Positions 19,325-28,677 of a stretch of 64,000 bases of DNA are shown one piece after another. The stretch is taken from assembly GCA_965208575.1 (NCBI GenBank), contig CBDBOV010000004.1, positions 1,248,001-1,312,000 of the forward strand. The letters are read 5' to 3'. Each line of letters begins with the position of its first letter. Position 1 is the stretch's first letter. The translations under genes and the position numbers were made by a program. Source of the stretch: Spirochaetia bacterium. Its GTDB lineage: Bacteria; Spirochaetota; Spirochaetia; SZUA-6; Bin103. The notes beneath the pieces were generated by a model. The model was not told where the DNA came from, ran no database searches, and saw only the letters and a list, made by a program, of their open reading frames with translations.

Positions 19325-19508
19325 GTGGTGCGGCCAAGGCGTGTGTAGCAGGTATTCTCCTGAACGGGATGATCGCCACCCGGCCGCGCCGGCTGACAAC
19401 CTCACCAATGACTACGCCACCCGCCCCGGGGCCAAGCTCTTGAACGGGTTCGCAGAACGTAACGCCAGTGACGCGCCGGCCTACTTTCGCGCTCCACCCA
19501 GAACTCTG
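19325..19508 (-). ncRNA. Predicted bridge RNA of IS110 copy 1
   Basis: Two stem-internal-loop units with CCCGT-TCAAGAG (target match) and CCCGT-TCAGGAG (donor match); TATAGT at 19514-19519; ends approximate. Confidence 0.7.
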
Positions 19509-19588
19509 CCCACACTATAGCTCACCCTTGTTTCTTTCATGACTGCGCCGGCCCAGGGGCCGGTGGGATAGCTCCTGAGAAACAACAA

Positions 19589-20977
19589 TCAGGCGGCCTC
19601 CGGGACAAGCTCATAACCGAGTGCGTGTGCCTGCCTTCGGAGCCGGCGTTCAAAGCGGCGCCGGTCCTGGCGCTCCTCGGCGGCGAGGATGCTGTCATCG
19701 TAGGCCACGCGATGCGTGATCAGATGGTAGATGATCCGAGCCAGTTTATGCGCGACTGCAGTGGTCGCTTCGGGAGTACCCAGACGCGCCCGCATGCGGC
19801 GGAAGTGCTGGCCCAGGGCCGATGGGCTGCGGTACAACGACTGGGTCGCCCAGTGCAGCGCCTGGGCGGCCCGATTGGTGCCCCGACCGGTGTGCGAGCT
19901 GATGATCTTGCCGCCGGTGATCTGGTTGTGGGGGCACAGGTGCAGCCAGGAGGCGAATTGCGGTGCGGTCGGAAAGCGGGACAGTTCCGGGCCGAGTTCG
20001 GTGAACAGAACCAGCGCCGTACTTTCGCCGATGCCGGGAATCAGCGTCAGGTCAGTGCCGAACAGGTGCGTAAGGTGGCCGCGCAGGTCGAACCGCTTGG
20101 CCGGTGACTCGGTTGGCGCCTCGGGCTCCGCATCGATTCCCTCATCCGGTGGGTCGTCGCCCACCGCGCCGGGTGGCTCGCTGCTGGCTTCGAACGCGCG
20201 GATGCCGGCTTCGATTTCCTGATCGCACTCCGTGATGAGTTGTTGGTAGTGGGCATAGGTCGCTCGCGCGTGCCGCAACGCCAACAGGTGCTCGGCGCGC
20301 CAGTCGCCCTGCAGCGCCTTGATCAAGGTCTCGCGGCTGGCTTTGATCCGCCGGTCGGCCAGAGCGGCCAACCGCGCCGGATCCCGCTCACCCGCCAGGA
20401 TAGCGTCCGTAATGGCCAGACCGGTCGTCCCCGTCAGGTCAGAGATGGCATGGTGCAGATGCACGTTCATCTGGCTGTACGCCTTCTGCATGTGCAACAC
20501 GCTGCGCGACGCCATCTTGATCAAGGTGTCGCGATGGCGCAGCACCGAGCGCAGTGCACACACCTCGTCGGCAGGGCGGAATGAGCCGCGCAGCAATCCC
20601 ACCGAGTGCAGGTAGCGCAACCACTCGCAGTCGGCCACGTCGGACTTCCGACCGGGTACCGAGTGCACGTGACGCGCATTCACCAGCACCACGTCGAAGC
20701 CGTGTGCCTCCAGGATCTGATACACCGGAATCCAGTACACACCGGTGGACTCCATCGCCACCGTGGTGACCTCGCATTCCTTGAGCCAGTCGGCCAAGGC
20801 GTGCAGGTCCGCGGTGAACGTAGCAAAGTTCCGGATCGGGTCCGGGTCGCGCTCCGGGCGCACAGCCGCGTACACCTCGGTAGCGCCTATGTCCAAGCCG
20901 GCAGCGTCCGGGTGCATCACCTTTGGTTGCGCTGTGCGACTGCCCTTGCCCTTGCGTCTGTGTCTGCGTCGTGCCAT
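19589..20977 (-). CDS. IS110 DEDD recombinase/transposase, copy 2
   Basis: Translation identical to copy 1. Confidence 0.95.
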   Translation of the reverse strand: MARRRHRRKGKGSRTAQPKVMHPDAAGLDIGATEVYAAVRPERDPDPIRNFATFTADLHALADWLKECEVTTVAMESTGVYWIPVYQILEAHGFDVVLVNARHVHSVPGRKSDVADCEWLRYLHSVGLLRGSFRPADEVCALRSVLRHRDTLIKMASRSVLHMQKAYSQMNVHLHHAISDLTGTTGLAITDAILAGERDPARLAALADRRIKASRETLIKALQGDWRAEHLLALRHARATYAHYQQLITECDQEIEAGIRAFEASSEPPGAVGDDPPDEGIDAEPEAPTESPAKRFDLRGHLTHLFGTDLTLIPGIGESTALVLFTELGPELSRFPTAPQFASWLHLCPHNQITGGKIISSHTGRGTNRAAQALHWATQSLYRSPSALGQHFRRMRARLGTPEATTAVAHKLARIIYHLITHRVAYDDSILAAEERQDRRRFERRLRRQAHALGYELVPEAA

Positions 20978-20997
20978 GAAACCTCCGCTACGACTGA

Positions 20998-21181
20998 GTG
21001 GTGCGGCCAAGGCGTGTGTAGCAGGTATTCTCCTGAACGGGATGATCGCCACCCGGCCGCGCCGGCTGACAACCTCACCAATGACTACGCCACCCGCCCC
21101 GGGGCCAAGCTCTTGAACGGGTTCGCAGAACGTAACGCCAGTGACGCGCCGGCCTACTTTCGCGCTCCACCCAGAACTCTG
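20998..21181 (-). ncRNA. Predicted bridge RNA of IS110 copy 2
   Basis: Same sequence as copy 1; guides at 21110-21121 and 21030-21041. Confidence 0.7.
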
Positions 21182-21659
21182 CCCACACTATAGCTCACCC
21201 TTGTTTCTTTCATGACTGCGCCGGCCCAGGGGCCGGTGGGATAGCTCTTGACCGAGTCGGGCCAAGTGCGCCGGCAGCATCACCCGGTCGGCGGGCAGCG
21301 TTTCGTGCCGCCGGTACACGCCGTGCCCGGGCGGCAGCTTGCCGGTCAGCATGCGGGTCACTGTACTAGATCGTCGACCCGCGCGACCACACGATCCGGG
21401 TGCTCACGCTGCAAGGCACCGCATACGTGGAGCATGGCGTCTACATACGGGGCGAAACCGCGACGTCGCCGCTGTTGGCAGGTTTCACGGCCGAGGTGAG
21501 CAGCGTGTTCGACGCACCGACTGTCGGCGCGTAAGGTTCGACAGGCTAACGCGATAGAACCAAGGGCTCGGAGTGCTTGGCAACGGGACGCGCCAAGCTG
21601 GCGAGTGTCCGTGCTCGGTTGACCGTGCGGGGTGGGTTCCATAGGATTGCCGGCATTCC

Positions 21660-22613
21660 ATGGCAGACTCTCCGGCAGCACAGCGCCTGGCCCCGGCGCG
21701 GCAGTCCACGTGGCAGCGCGCCGTGCGCACGCTGCGCAAGGACCGCTACCTCTACCTGATCTTCCTGCTGCCGTTCCTGTACTTCCTCGTGTTCCACTAC
21801 CTGCCGATCTACGGCGTCATCATCGCGTTCAAGAACTACAAGGTGGCGTTCGGCATCTGGGGCTCCAAGTGGGTCGGGCTGCAGTACTTCATCGAGTTCC
21901 TGACCGATCCCTACGCCTGGAAGCTGATCCGCAACACCATGCTGCTGTCGTTCTACAGCATCGTGTTCGGCTTCCCGATACCGATCATCCTGGCGCTGCT
22001 GCTCAACGAGCTGCAGATCTCCTGGTTCAAGCGGGTGGTGCAGACGGTCAGCTACCTGCCGCACTTCATCTCGGTGGTGGTGGTGGCCGGCATGGTGGTG
22101 AACTTCCTGTCCAGCGACGGCCTGGTGAACCGCATCATCGTGGCGCTCGGCGGCGAGTCGTTCCCGTGGCTCATGCAGCCGCGCTGGTTTCCCGGCATCT
22201 ACGTCATCTCCGGCATCTGGCAACACGCCGGCTGGAGTTCGATCATCTACCTGGCCGCCCTGTCGGCGATCGACCCGGAACTGTACGAGGCGGCCACCAT
22301 CGACGGCGCCGGCCGCTTTCAGCAGATGCGCCACATCACCCTGCCCGGCATCGCCCCCACCATCACCATCCTGCTGATCCTGGACCTGGGCCGCATCATG
22401 GCGGTGGGCTGGGAGAAGATCCTGCTGCTGTACACCGGCGCCACCTACGAAACCGCCGACGTGCTGCAGACCTACATCTACCGCCGCGGCCTGGAGGGCG
22501 CCGACTTCAGCTACGCCACCGCGGTGGGCGTGTTCCAGGGGCTGGTGGGCCTGGCGTTCGTGATCGGGGCCAACTACCTGTCGCGCAAGTTCTCGGATAC
22601 CAGCCTGTGGTAA
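21660..22613 (+). CDS. Carbohydrate ABC transporter permease (LplB-like)
   Basis: SYLPHFIS, ELYEAATIDGAGRFQQMRHITLP (EAA loop). Confidence 0.93.
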   Translation: MADSPAAQRLAPARQSTWQRAVRTLRKDRYLYLIFLLPFLYFLVFHYLPIYGVIIAFKNYKVAFGIWGSKWVGLQYFIEFLTDPYAWKLIRNTMLLSFYSIVFGFPIPIILALLLNELQISWFKRVVQTVSYLPHFISVVVVAGMVVNFLSSDGLVNRIIVALGGESFPWLMQPRWFPGIYVISGIWQHAGWSSIIYLAALSAIDPELYEAATIDGAGRFQQMRHITLPGIAPTITILLILDLGRIMAVGWEKILLLYTGATYETADVLQTYIYRRGLEGADFSYATAVGVFQGLVGLAFVIGANYLSRKFSDTSLW

Positions 22614-23509
22614 CCGCCCGCCTGCGCACCGCGTTCAGCGACCGCTCGCTCGGCTCGTACTCGTTCGACGTCGTCAACGTGGTGCTGCTGCTCGGGGTGG
22701 TGTTCGTCACCCTCTACCCGATGTACTACATCCTCATCGTGTCGTTCTCCGACGGCAAGGAGGTGCTGCTCGGGCGGGTGCGCTTCTGGCCGCGCGGCAT
22801 CAACCTGCAGTCGTACCAGATGGTGCTGCGCGACGACACCGTGATCCGCTCGCTGTTCAACTCGATCCTGTACACGTCGGTCGGCACCGCCATCAACCTG
22901 GTGCTGTCCACCCTGTGCGCCTACCCACTGGCGCGGCGCGATTTCTCGGGGCGCAAGCTGCTGACCCTGTACGTGGCGATCACGATGTTCTTCCAGGGCG
23001 GGCTGATCCCGCTCTACCTGGTGGTGCTGCAGCTCGGGCTGCTCGACACCATGTGGGCGATCGTGCTGGTGCCGGGCATCAACGCCTTCTACATGTTCAT
23101 CATGCGCACCTACTTCCAGGGCCAGCCGACGGCCCTGCACGAGGCGGCGATCATCGACGGCGCCAACGATCTGCAGATCCTGGCGCGCATCGTGGTGCCG
23201 CTGGCCAAGCCGATCATGGCCACCATGCTGCTGTTCTACGCCGTCCAACACTGGAACAGCTTCTTCCACGCGCTGATATTCCTGACCGAGAAGCGTCTCT
23301 ACCCGCTGCAACTGATTCTGCGCAGCGTGGTGGTCGAGGCCACATTCGAGCAGATGAACGACATCGGCGCGGCCACCGACTTCATGGTGCTGGAGAAGAC
23401 GATCCGGTTCTCGGTGATCATGGTATCGACACTACCGATTCTGCTGGTGTATCCCTTCCTGCAGAAATATTTCGTGAAGGGCGTCATGATCGGCGCCCTG
23501 AAGGGATAA
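22607..23509 (+). CDS. Carbohydrate ABC transporter permease (LplC-like)
   Basis: GGLIPLYL, LHEAAIIDGAN, PFLQKYFVKGVMIGALKG. Confidence 0.92.
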   Translation: MVTARLRTAFSDRSLGSYSFDVVNVVLLLGVVFVTLYPMYYILIVSFSDGKEVLLGRVRFWPRGINLQSYQMVLRDDTVIRSLFNSILYTSVGTAINLVLSTLCAYPLARRDFSGRKLLTLYVAITMFFQGGLIPLYLVVLQLGLLDTMWAIVLVPGINAFYMFIMRTYFQGQPTALHEAAIIDGANDLQILARIVVPLAKPIMATMLLFYAVQHWNSFFHALIFLTEKRLYPLQLILRSVVVEATFEQMNDIGAATDFMVLEKTIRFSVIMVSTLPILLVYPFLQKYFVKGVMIGALKG

Positions 23510-23554
23510 CAACCCCAATCGACGCGCCTCACAGAGCGCGACAAAGGAGATTCA

Positions 23555-25069
23555 ATGAGGTTTTCGTTCATTGCGGCGGGGCTGGCCCTGCTGCTCGTTT
23601 CCGGCATGGCATGGGCCGCCGGCGAGGAAGAGGCTGCCGCGTCCGAGCGGGTGACCATCACCTACATGCGGCCCGAGCATCCGTCGTCGCCGATCCACAC
23701 CGACGCACCGGTGTACGAGGCGATCCGCGAGGCGCTCAACATCGACCTGCAGATCGAGGCGATCCCCAGCGGCGACTTCAACGCCAAGGTGCAGTTGCTG
23801 CTCGGCACCGCCCAGTTGCCCGACATCGCGCGGCTGCGGCAGCGGCAGGTGAACGACTTCGCCGACTCCGGCGTGTTCCTGCCGCTCAACGAGCCGCTGA
23901 AGAACCAGGCGCCGGACCTGTGGGCGTACATCGACGCCATTCCCGACTCCAAGAAGACGTTCATCGACGGCACCATGTACTACGTGCCGCAGATGGACTC
24001 CTTCCAGAAGCTGCTCGCCCCGATCCCGATGATCCGGCGCGACCTGCTCGACGACACCGGACAGGAGATGCCGGACAGCTTCGACGAACTGTACGACACG
24101 CTGGCCACCTTCAAGCGCGAGTTCCCCGACTCACAGCCGTGGACCGTGCGCGGCGGCACCCGCAACCTGCTCAACCGCGCCGCGTTCCCGATGGGCATGG
24201 GCTGGGGCATTCACTGGCAGCCCGGTGAGCAGCGCTGGGTGTACGGCACCGTCAAGCCGGAGTTCAAGGCGATCCTGGAATACTTCCGCAACGCGTACGT
24301 CGACGGCGTGCTCGACCCCGACTTCGCCATCAACTCGTCCAGCCAGTGGCACGAGAAGCTGGGCTCCGGCAAGTCGCTGTTCTACTACGACAACATGACC
24401 TTCGGGCTGAACTACACGCTCAGCCTGCGCCAGGTAAAGCCGGACGCGCTGTTCTGGCCGGTCCCGGTGATGGAGAACTCGTTCGGATCGCGGCAGAACT
24501 TCTCCTATCCGCGCCACTGGCTGTCCAGCGGCTTCACGGTGGCCGCCAAGAGCAAGCACCACGACCGCATCATGGAGCTGTTCAACTGGATGGCCCACGG
24601 CGACGGCCTGCTCATTACCAACTGGGGCCTCGAGGGCGAGCACTGGCACCGCGTCAACGGCGAGATCGAAGCGCTGCCGGCGGTGCTCGACACCTACCGC
24701 GGCGCCTCCGACCCGCAGCGCGCGATGCGCTCGTCGATCGGCACGGGACTGCTGCAGTTCTGCCTGATCGTGGACCAGAAGCCGATTTACTACTACGATC
24801 CGCCGGAGGTGTCGGACTGGTACGCCCAGGTGCAGGCCGATCCCAACATGCACCTGCCGGTGCTGCCGCCGCCTTTCAACGAGGAAGAGCGCGAGCGGCT
24901 CAAGCGCCTGATCACCGACGTCGACAACATCCTCAACCCGGCGCTCGACGGTTTCATCGTCGGCACCGTGTCGCTGGACGAGTTCGACAACGTGATGAAC
25001 CAGGCCATCGCCGCCGGCGCCGAGGAGATCGAAGAGATCTACAACGCCGCCGAAGCGCGCCTGCGCTAA
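23555..25069 (+). CDS. Extracellular solute-binding protein (carbohydrate ABC)
   Basis: RBS AAGGAG, signal peptide AWA, IRRDLL, GVLDPDF, NWGLEGEHW. Confidence 0.9.
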   Translation: MRFSFIAAGLALLLVSGMAWAAGEEEAAASERVTITYMRPEHPSSPIHTDAPVYEAIREALNIDLQIEAIPSGDFNAKVQLLLGTAQLPDIARLRQRQVNDFADSGVFLPLNEPLKNQAPDLWAYIDAIPDSKKTFIDGTMYYVPQMDSFQKLLAPIPMIRRDLLDDTGQEMPDSFDELYDTLATFKREFPDSQPWTVRGGTRNLLNRAAFPMGMGWGIHWQPGEQRWVYGTVKPEFKAILEYFRNAYVDGVLDPDFAINSSSQWHEKLGSGKSLFYYDNMTFGLNYTLSLRQVKPDALFWPVPVMENSFGSRQNFSYPRHWLSSGFTVAAKSKHHDRIMELFNWMAHGDGLLITNWGLEGEHWHRVNGEIEALPAVLDTYRGASDPQRAMRSSIGTGLLQFCLIVDQKPIYYYDPPEVSDWYAQVQADPNMHLPVLPPPFNEEERERLKRLITDVDNILNPALDGFIVGTVSLDEFDNVMNQAIAAGAEEIEEIYNAAEARLR

Positions 25070-25086
25070 GGGCCGCTTGCAGGACG

Positions 25087-25121
25087 CAGCACGCGCCGGG
25101 CCAGAAACCGGGCGCGTGCTG
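25087..25121. terminator. GC-rich hairpin after the SBP gene
   Basis: CAGCACGCGCC...GGCGCGTGCTG 11-bp stem; no U-tract. Confidence 0.5.
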
Positions 25122-25125
25122 TGCC

Positions 25126-25320
25126 TCAGGACCGCTCCACGACCAGCGGGCGTATGCTCTCCACTTCGGGTCCGAGAGTCTGTGCCGCGTCCCGCAGGTC
25201 CACCGCGCGCTGCGCCACGGCCACGCCTCCGCCGCCCAGTCTTGACGATCTGGCCGTAGTCGCGGCCGACCGCCTGGCAGTGGCCGCGCCGCGCCGCCAG
25301 CTTGTGGGCCGGGCAGAACG
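25126..25320 (-). pseudogene. Remnant of an LLM-class flavin-dependent oxidoreductase C-terminus
   Basis: One minus frame reads HKLAARRGHCQAVGRDYGQIVKT. Confidence 0.45.
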
Positions 25321-25739
25321 AGCTACACCAACCCCTTCGCCTCGCGGGGCATGCGGCGGCGCTTCTTCATCTGCGCCAGCCCCTCGGCAGTGCCGTCGTG
25401 GAGGGTGTTGAGCCAACGGTCGAGGGGCAGCAGGTTGTTCCCATAGTTGCACTCGAAGTAGCGGTGATGCAGCCAGTGGTAGTAGGAATCGATCGACATG
25501 CGCGTGTCGGTGCTGGTGTGCACCACGAGCTCATCGAAGCCGGCGTGCCCCAACGCCGGATTCAACGCCGCACGATTCATGATGAAGAGCAGATAAATCG
25601 GGTGCCCCGGCACTACCAGCAAGATGAGCCAACGAGTGAAGTAGAGCAGGTGCTCGATCGGGTGCATCGCCATGAGCTGGTCCCGGAAAAACGGACGGTA
25701 TGGTAGAGTGTATCCAAGGCCACGAGGAGGGCCAGCAAG

Positions 25740-26024
25740 ATGGCGACGAAGAGGCGTCGGTTCACAGCGGAGTTCAAGGCGAAGGTAGTGATTGAGGCGC
25801 TGCGGGGAGACCGTACGATCCAGGCGATCGCGGCCAAGCACGAAATACATCCGAACCAGATCAGCAGTTGGAAGCGGCAGGCTCAGACCGGTCTGCGGGA
25901 CCTGTTCGCCGACGGCCGGAGCCGGCGGCAGAAGGAGCACGATGAGACCATTCACGACCTGCATGCCAAGATCGGGGAGTTGACCGTGGAGCGCGATTTT
26001 TTAGCACGCGGGCTCGGGCGCTGA
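25740..26024 (+). CDS. IS3-A OrfA
   Basis: RRRFTAEFKAKV HTH; slippery TTTTTTA at 25997-26003. Confidence 0.9.
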   Translation: MATKRRRFTAEFKAKVVIEALRGDRTIQAIAAKHEIHPNQISSWKRQAQTGLRDLFADGRSRRQKEHDETIHDLHAKIGELTVERDFLARGLGR

Positions 26025-26044
26025 GCCGGGCCGAGCGACGAGAG

Positions 26045-26881
26045 ATGATCGACCGCGAGCACGAGGGTCTGAGCATCAGCCGGCAGTGCCGCCTGATCGG
26101 GCTGAACCGGTCGACGCTGTACTACCGAGCGGTGGGCGAGAGCGCTGACACGCTCGCGTTGATGCGCCGCATCGACGAACTTTATCTGGAATGTCCGTTC
26201 TACGGCAGCCGGCAGATGATGCGCCATCTGGCACGCGAGGGAAAGCGGGTCGGTCGGCACCGGGTGCGGCGGCTGATGCGGCTGTTGGGGCTGGAGGCGA
26301 TCTACCGCAAGCCACGCACCAGCGTCGCGCACCCGGACCATCGGGTGTATCCGTATCTGCTGCGAGGGCTTACGATTGAGCGCCCGAACCAGGTGTGGTG
26401 CGCGGACCTGACCTACATCCCGGTGCAGGGAGGATTTCTGTACCTGGTGGCGATCATGGACTGGGCGAGCCGGCGGGTGTTGGCCTGGCGGCTGTCCAAC
26501 ACGATGGACACCTCCTTCTGCCTGGAGGCGTTGGCGGACGCTCTGGAAGACTTCGGCATTCCCGAGATCTTCAACACCGATCAGGGCAGCCAGTTCACCA
26601 GCATCGCGTTCACCGGCCAGTTGGAGGCGACCGGGATACGGTGCTCGATGGACGGGCGCGGTCGTTGTCTGGATAACGTATTCATCGAACGGTTGTGGCG
26701 CTCGCTGAAGTACGAGTCGGTATACCTGCACGATTTGGAGGATGGCTTCGAGGCGCAGCGGGTGATCGACGGGTGGATGGCATTCTACAACGAGACCCGA
26801 CCACACTCGGCGCTCGGCGGGCGTACGCCCGCGGAAGCGTACCGCGACGGGGTGGCGGAACAACAGCAGGAGGTGGCGTAG
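26045..26881 (+). CDS. IS3-A OrfB (DDE)
   Basis: WCADLTY, NTDQGSQF, DNVFIERLWRSLKYE. Confidence 0.93.
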   Translation: MIDREHEGLSISRQCRLIGLNRSTLYYRAVGESADTLALMRRIDELYLECPFYGSRQMMRHLAREGKRVGRHRVRRLMRLLGLEAIYRKPRTSVAHPDHRVYPYLLRGLTIERPNQVWCADLTYIPVQGGFLYLVAIMDWASRRVLAWRLSNTMDTSFCLEALADALEDFGIPEIFNTDQGSQFTSIAFTGQLEATGIRCSMDGRGRCLDNVFIERLWRSLKYESVYLHDLEDGFEAQRVIDGWMAFYNETRPHSALGGRTPAEAYRDGVAEQQQEVA

Positions 26882-27046
26882 CGAACAGGAACGGCAGGCG
26901 GTTGGCATGGGGTGCAAGGGCATCCGAGGACCAACGGGAGCGCGAGCAGTGGGGACGAAGTATCCACATATCCACAGGCTCGCTCACCCCCTCCCCGGAC
27001 CCCACCCCCATTACCGCCGCCTGATCATCTCGACCAGGAGGGTGGG

Positions 27047-27075
27047 TTGACAACGAACGAGATGCACTCTACAAT
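27047..27075 (+). promoter_or_regulatory. Outward-facing sigma70 promoter in IS3-A right end (also 33374-33402)
   Basis: TTGACA-N17-TACAAT. Confidence 0.7.
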
Positions 27076-28193
27076 ATCCCATCCACTGTCCAACCTATCG
27101 GGTCCACGTCACCAACCCCGACCAGGGGCCGACGTTGACGTTGCGGTGATGCTTTCAGCGAACCCAGCAAAGGCCCGCGAGAAGGTCGCTTCGCTGGGAA
27201 TCGCCCCGATACTCTCCCGGCCACACAGGCGGCGCAGCGCCCGGTCGTTGGCCAGCCGCTCGCGCAGCGCTCTGGTGGTGTCGATTTGGAACACCGCCTT
27301 GGCGATGAAGGCGCGCGCCAACGCCGCCCGATCCTGTTGCGGACGACCGCGCAGGCTGCGCCCACAGGGCAGCTGTTGTTCCACCCGGACGAACTCGAGC
27401 ACGGTAATGAACAACTGGTAGCGTTCTCCCAGAGGACCGAGTGAGGGTGCCCCATTTTGGTGGACAGGTAACTACTGAGGTGGCGGGGTAGTGCATGGCA
27501 GGTTGAGGTGTATTCGGTTGGTTGTCAACCCGCGCCTCCACGACGCCTCCCAGGATTCCACGGCAAATAAATGGTGGCGGTAAAGGGGTGGGGGTCCGGG
27601 GGAGGGGTTGAGGGTGCCCCGTTTCGGTGGACAGGTAACTTCTGAGGTGGCGGGGTAGTGCATGGTAGGTTGAGGTGTATTCGGTTGGTTGTCAACCCGC
27701 GCCTCCACGACCCCCACGACACGACGCCTCCCGAGATTCCACGGCAAATAAACGGTGGCGGTAAAGGGGGTGGGGATCCGGGGGAGGGGTGGGATTTGCC
27801 TGTGGATATGTGGACAAGTCCGCATCAAGCTGGGGGTGGTGGCGGTGTGGATGGCCGTGAGCGGCGCCGGTGTGCGCGGTCAGGAGATCGCACGACCGTG
27901 ATCAGTGCTGGCGGCATGGACAGCGGGTGCCGGGAGTCGAAACGGAGCGCCTGAGGGACGATTCGGGGTTCAGCAAGGGTATCCGGGACCACCTGCTCGC
28001 GAGGAGCGGCCTTACAGGGCCGCTGAGAGCGCCAGTTCGCGCCGCACCGGCAAGATGTCGGCCCGGGTGGGGCTGCAGCCGCCGGGAGCGGCGCGGTCGA
28101 GCCGGTCCGGGGCGCCCGTGTGGGGACGGACCCGCGAGCGGTGCGCCGCTTGGAAACTATGCAGCCGTCGCAACGGGTCGGCAGCAGGTTGCC

Positions 28194-28487
28194 TCAGTCG
28201 CGCCCATACCCGCGTGGCGGCTCGACGCTCTCCAGAGCGCCAAGATCAAGCGCGCAAATCGCCTCCAGCTTGTCGCCGAGCGCGGTCTCCTGGAGCGCCT
28301 CGGGCAGGTTGTCGAGCCACGCTTGATACTCTCCCTGGAGGTCGAGCAGGGTGCGCACCGCATCCTGCCAGCGCTGCGGTCGGGAGCGCCGGTCGTGCGG
28401 TCGGCGGTACTGCGCTCGCGGCTGCTGCGCCTTGCGCCGCGCTCGATAGCGCCGTTGGCGTTGCGCATTGGTCAACGCCATGGGCAC
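28194..28487 (-). CDS. IS3-B passenger protein, unknown function
   Basis: MALTNAQRQRRYRAR...PPRGYGRD; identical protein in both copies despite nucleotide differences. Confidence 0.75.
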   Translation of the reverse strand: MPMALTNAQRQRRYRARRKAQQPRAQYRRPHDRRSRPQRWQDAVRTLLDLQGEYQAWLDNLPEALQETALGDKLEAICALDLGALESVEPPRGYGRD

Positions 28488-28677
28488 TGATCACCGTTAC
28501 GTAACGGCTCCTGGTCCAGCACCTCAGACGCTGCATCCCCGCTGCGCTGCGTGCTCACCGCGACGCCGGTCGGCGCGCGCAGCCGACTCGGACGCCAAGC
28601 GGTCCGGAGAGGGCCAATTGCCGACGAATATTGTCCCTGGAGGGGGCCGAGCGCCAGCATCGGCACCACGACGATGC

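Larger units (their letters stand above)
17899..19574 (-). mobile_element. IS110-family element, copy 1 (1673-bp unit, CTC core)
   Basis: CTC core at 17899-17901 and 19572-19574; no terminal IRs or TSD beyond the core. Confidence 0.92.
19572..21247 (-). mobile_element. IS110-family element, copy 2 (tandem)
   Basis: Same protein sequence, offset exactly 1673 bp; core CTC at 21245-21247. Confidence 0.92.
17770..21352 (-). pseudogene. Degenerate sulfatase fragment split by the IS110 dimer
   Basis: Removing the IS restores MLTGKLPPGHGV...LARLGQ-ETALVGKLDV...EWCLEP in one frame. Confidence 0.65.
25673..27111 (+). mobile_element. IS3-family element IS3-A, copy 1 (1439 bp)
   Basis: TG...CA ends with imperfect IRs (TGAGCTGGTCCCG / TGACGTGGACCCG); 3-bp TSD CCA. 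Confidence 0.93.
25323..27151 (-). pseudogene. Sterol desaturase / fatty-acid hydroxylase, interrupted by IS3-A and 5'-truncated
   Basis: Joining across the IS gives HHRNVNVGPWSGLAMHPIEH...GHAGF...YHWLHHRYFECNYG. Confidence 0.85.

Noticed and set aside
19305-19379. Extended N-terminus of the IS110 transposase (MAIIPF...)
   Set aside because: Overlaps the predicted donor-binding loop; ATG 19304 has a proper RBS
27442-27790. Two long direct repeats suggesting an array
   Set aside because: They are the right ends of the outer and inner IS3-B copies, explained by TSDs
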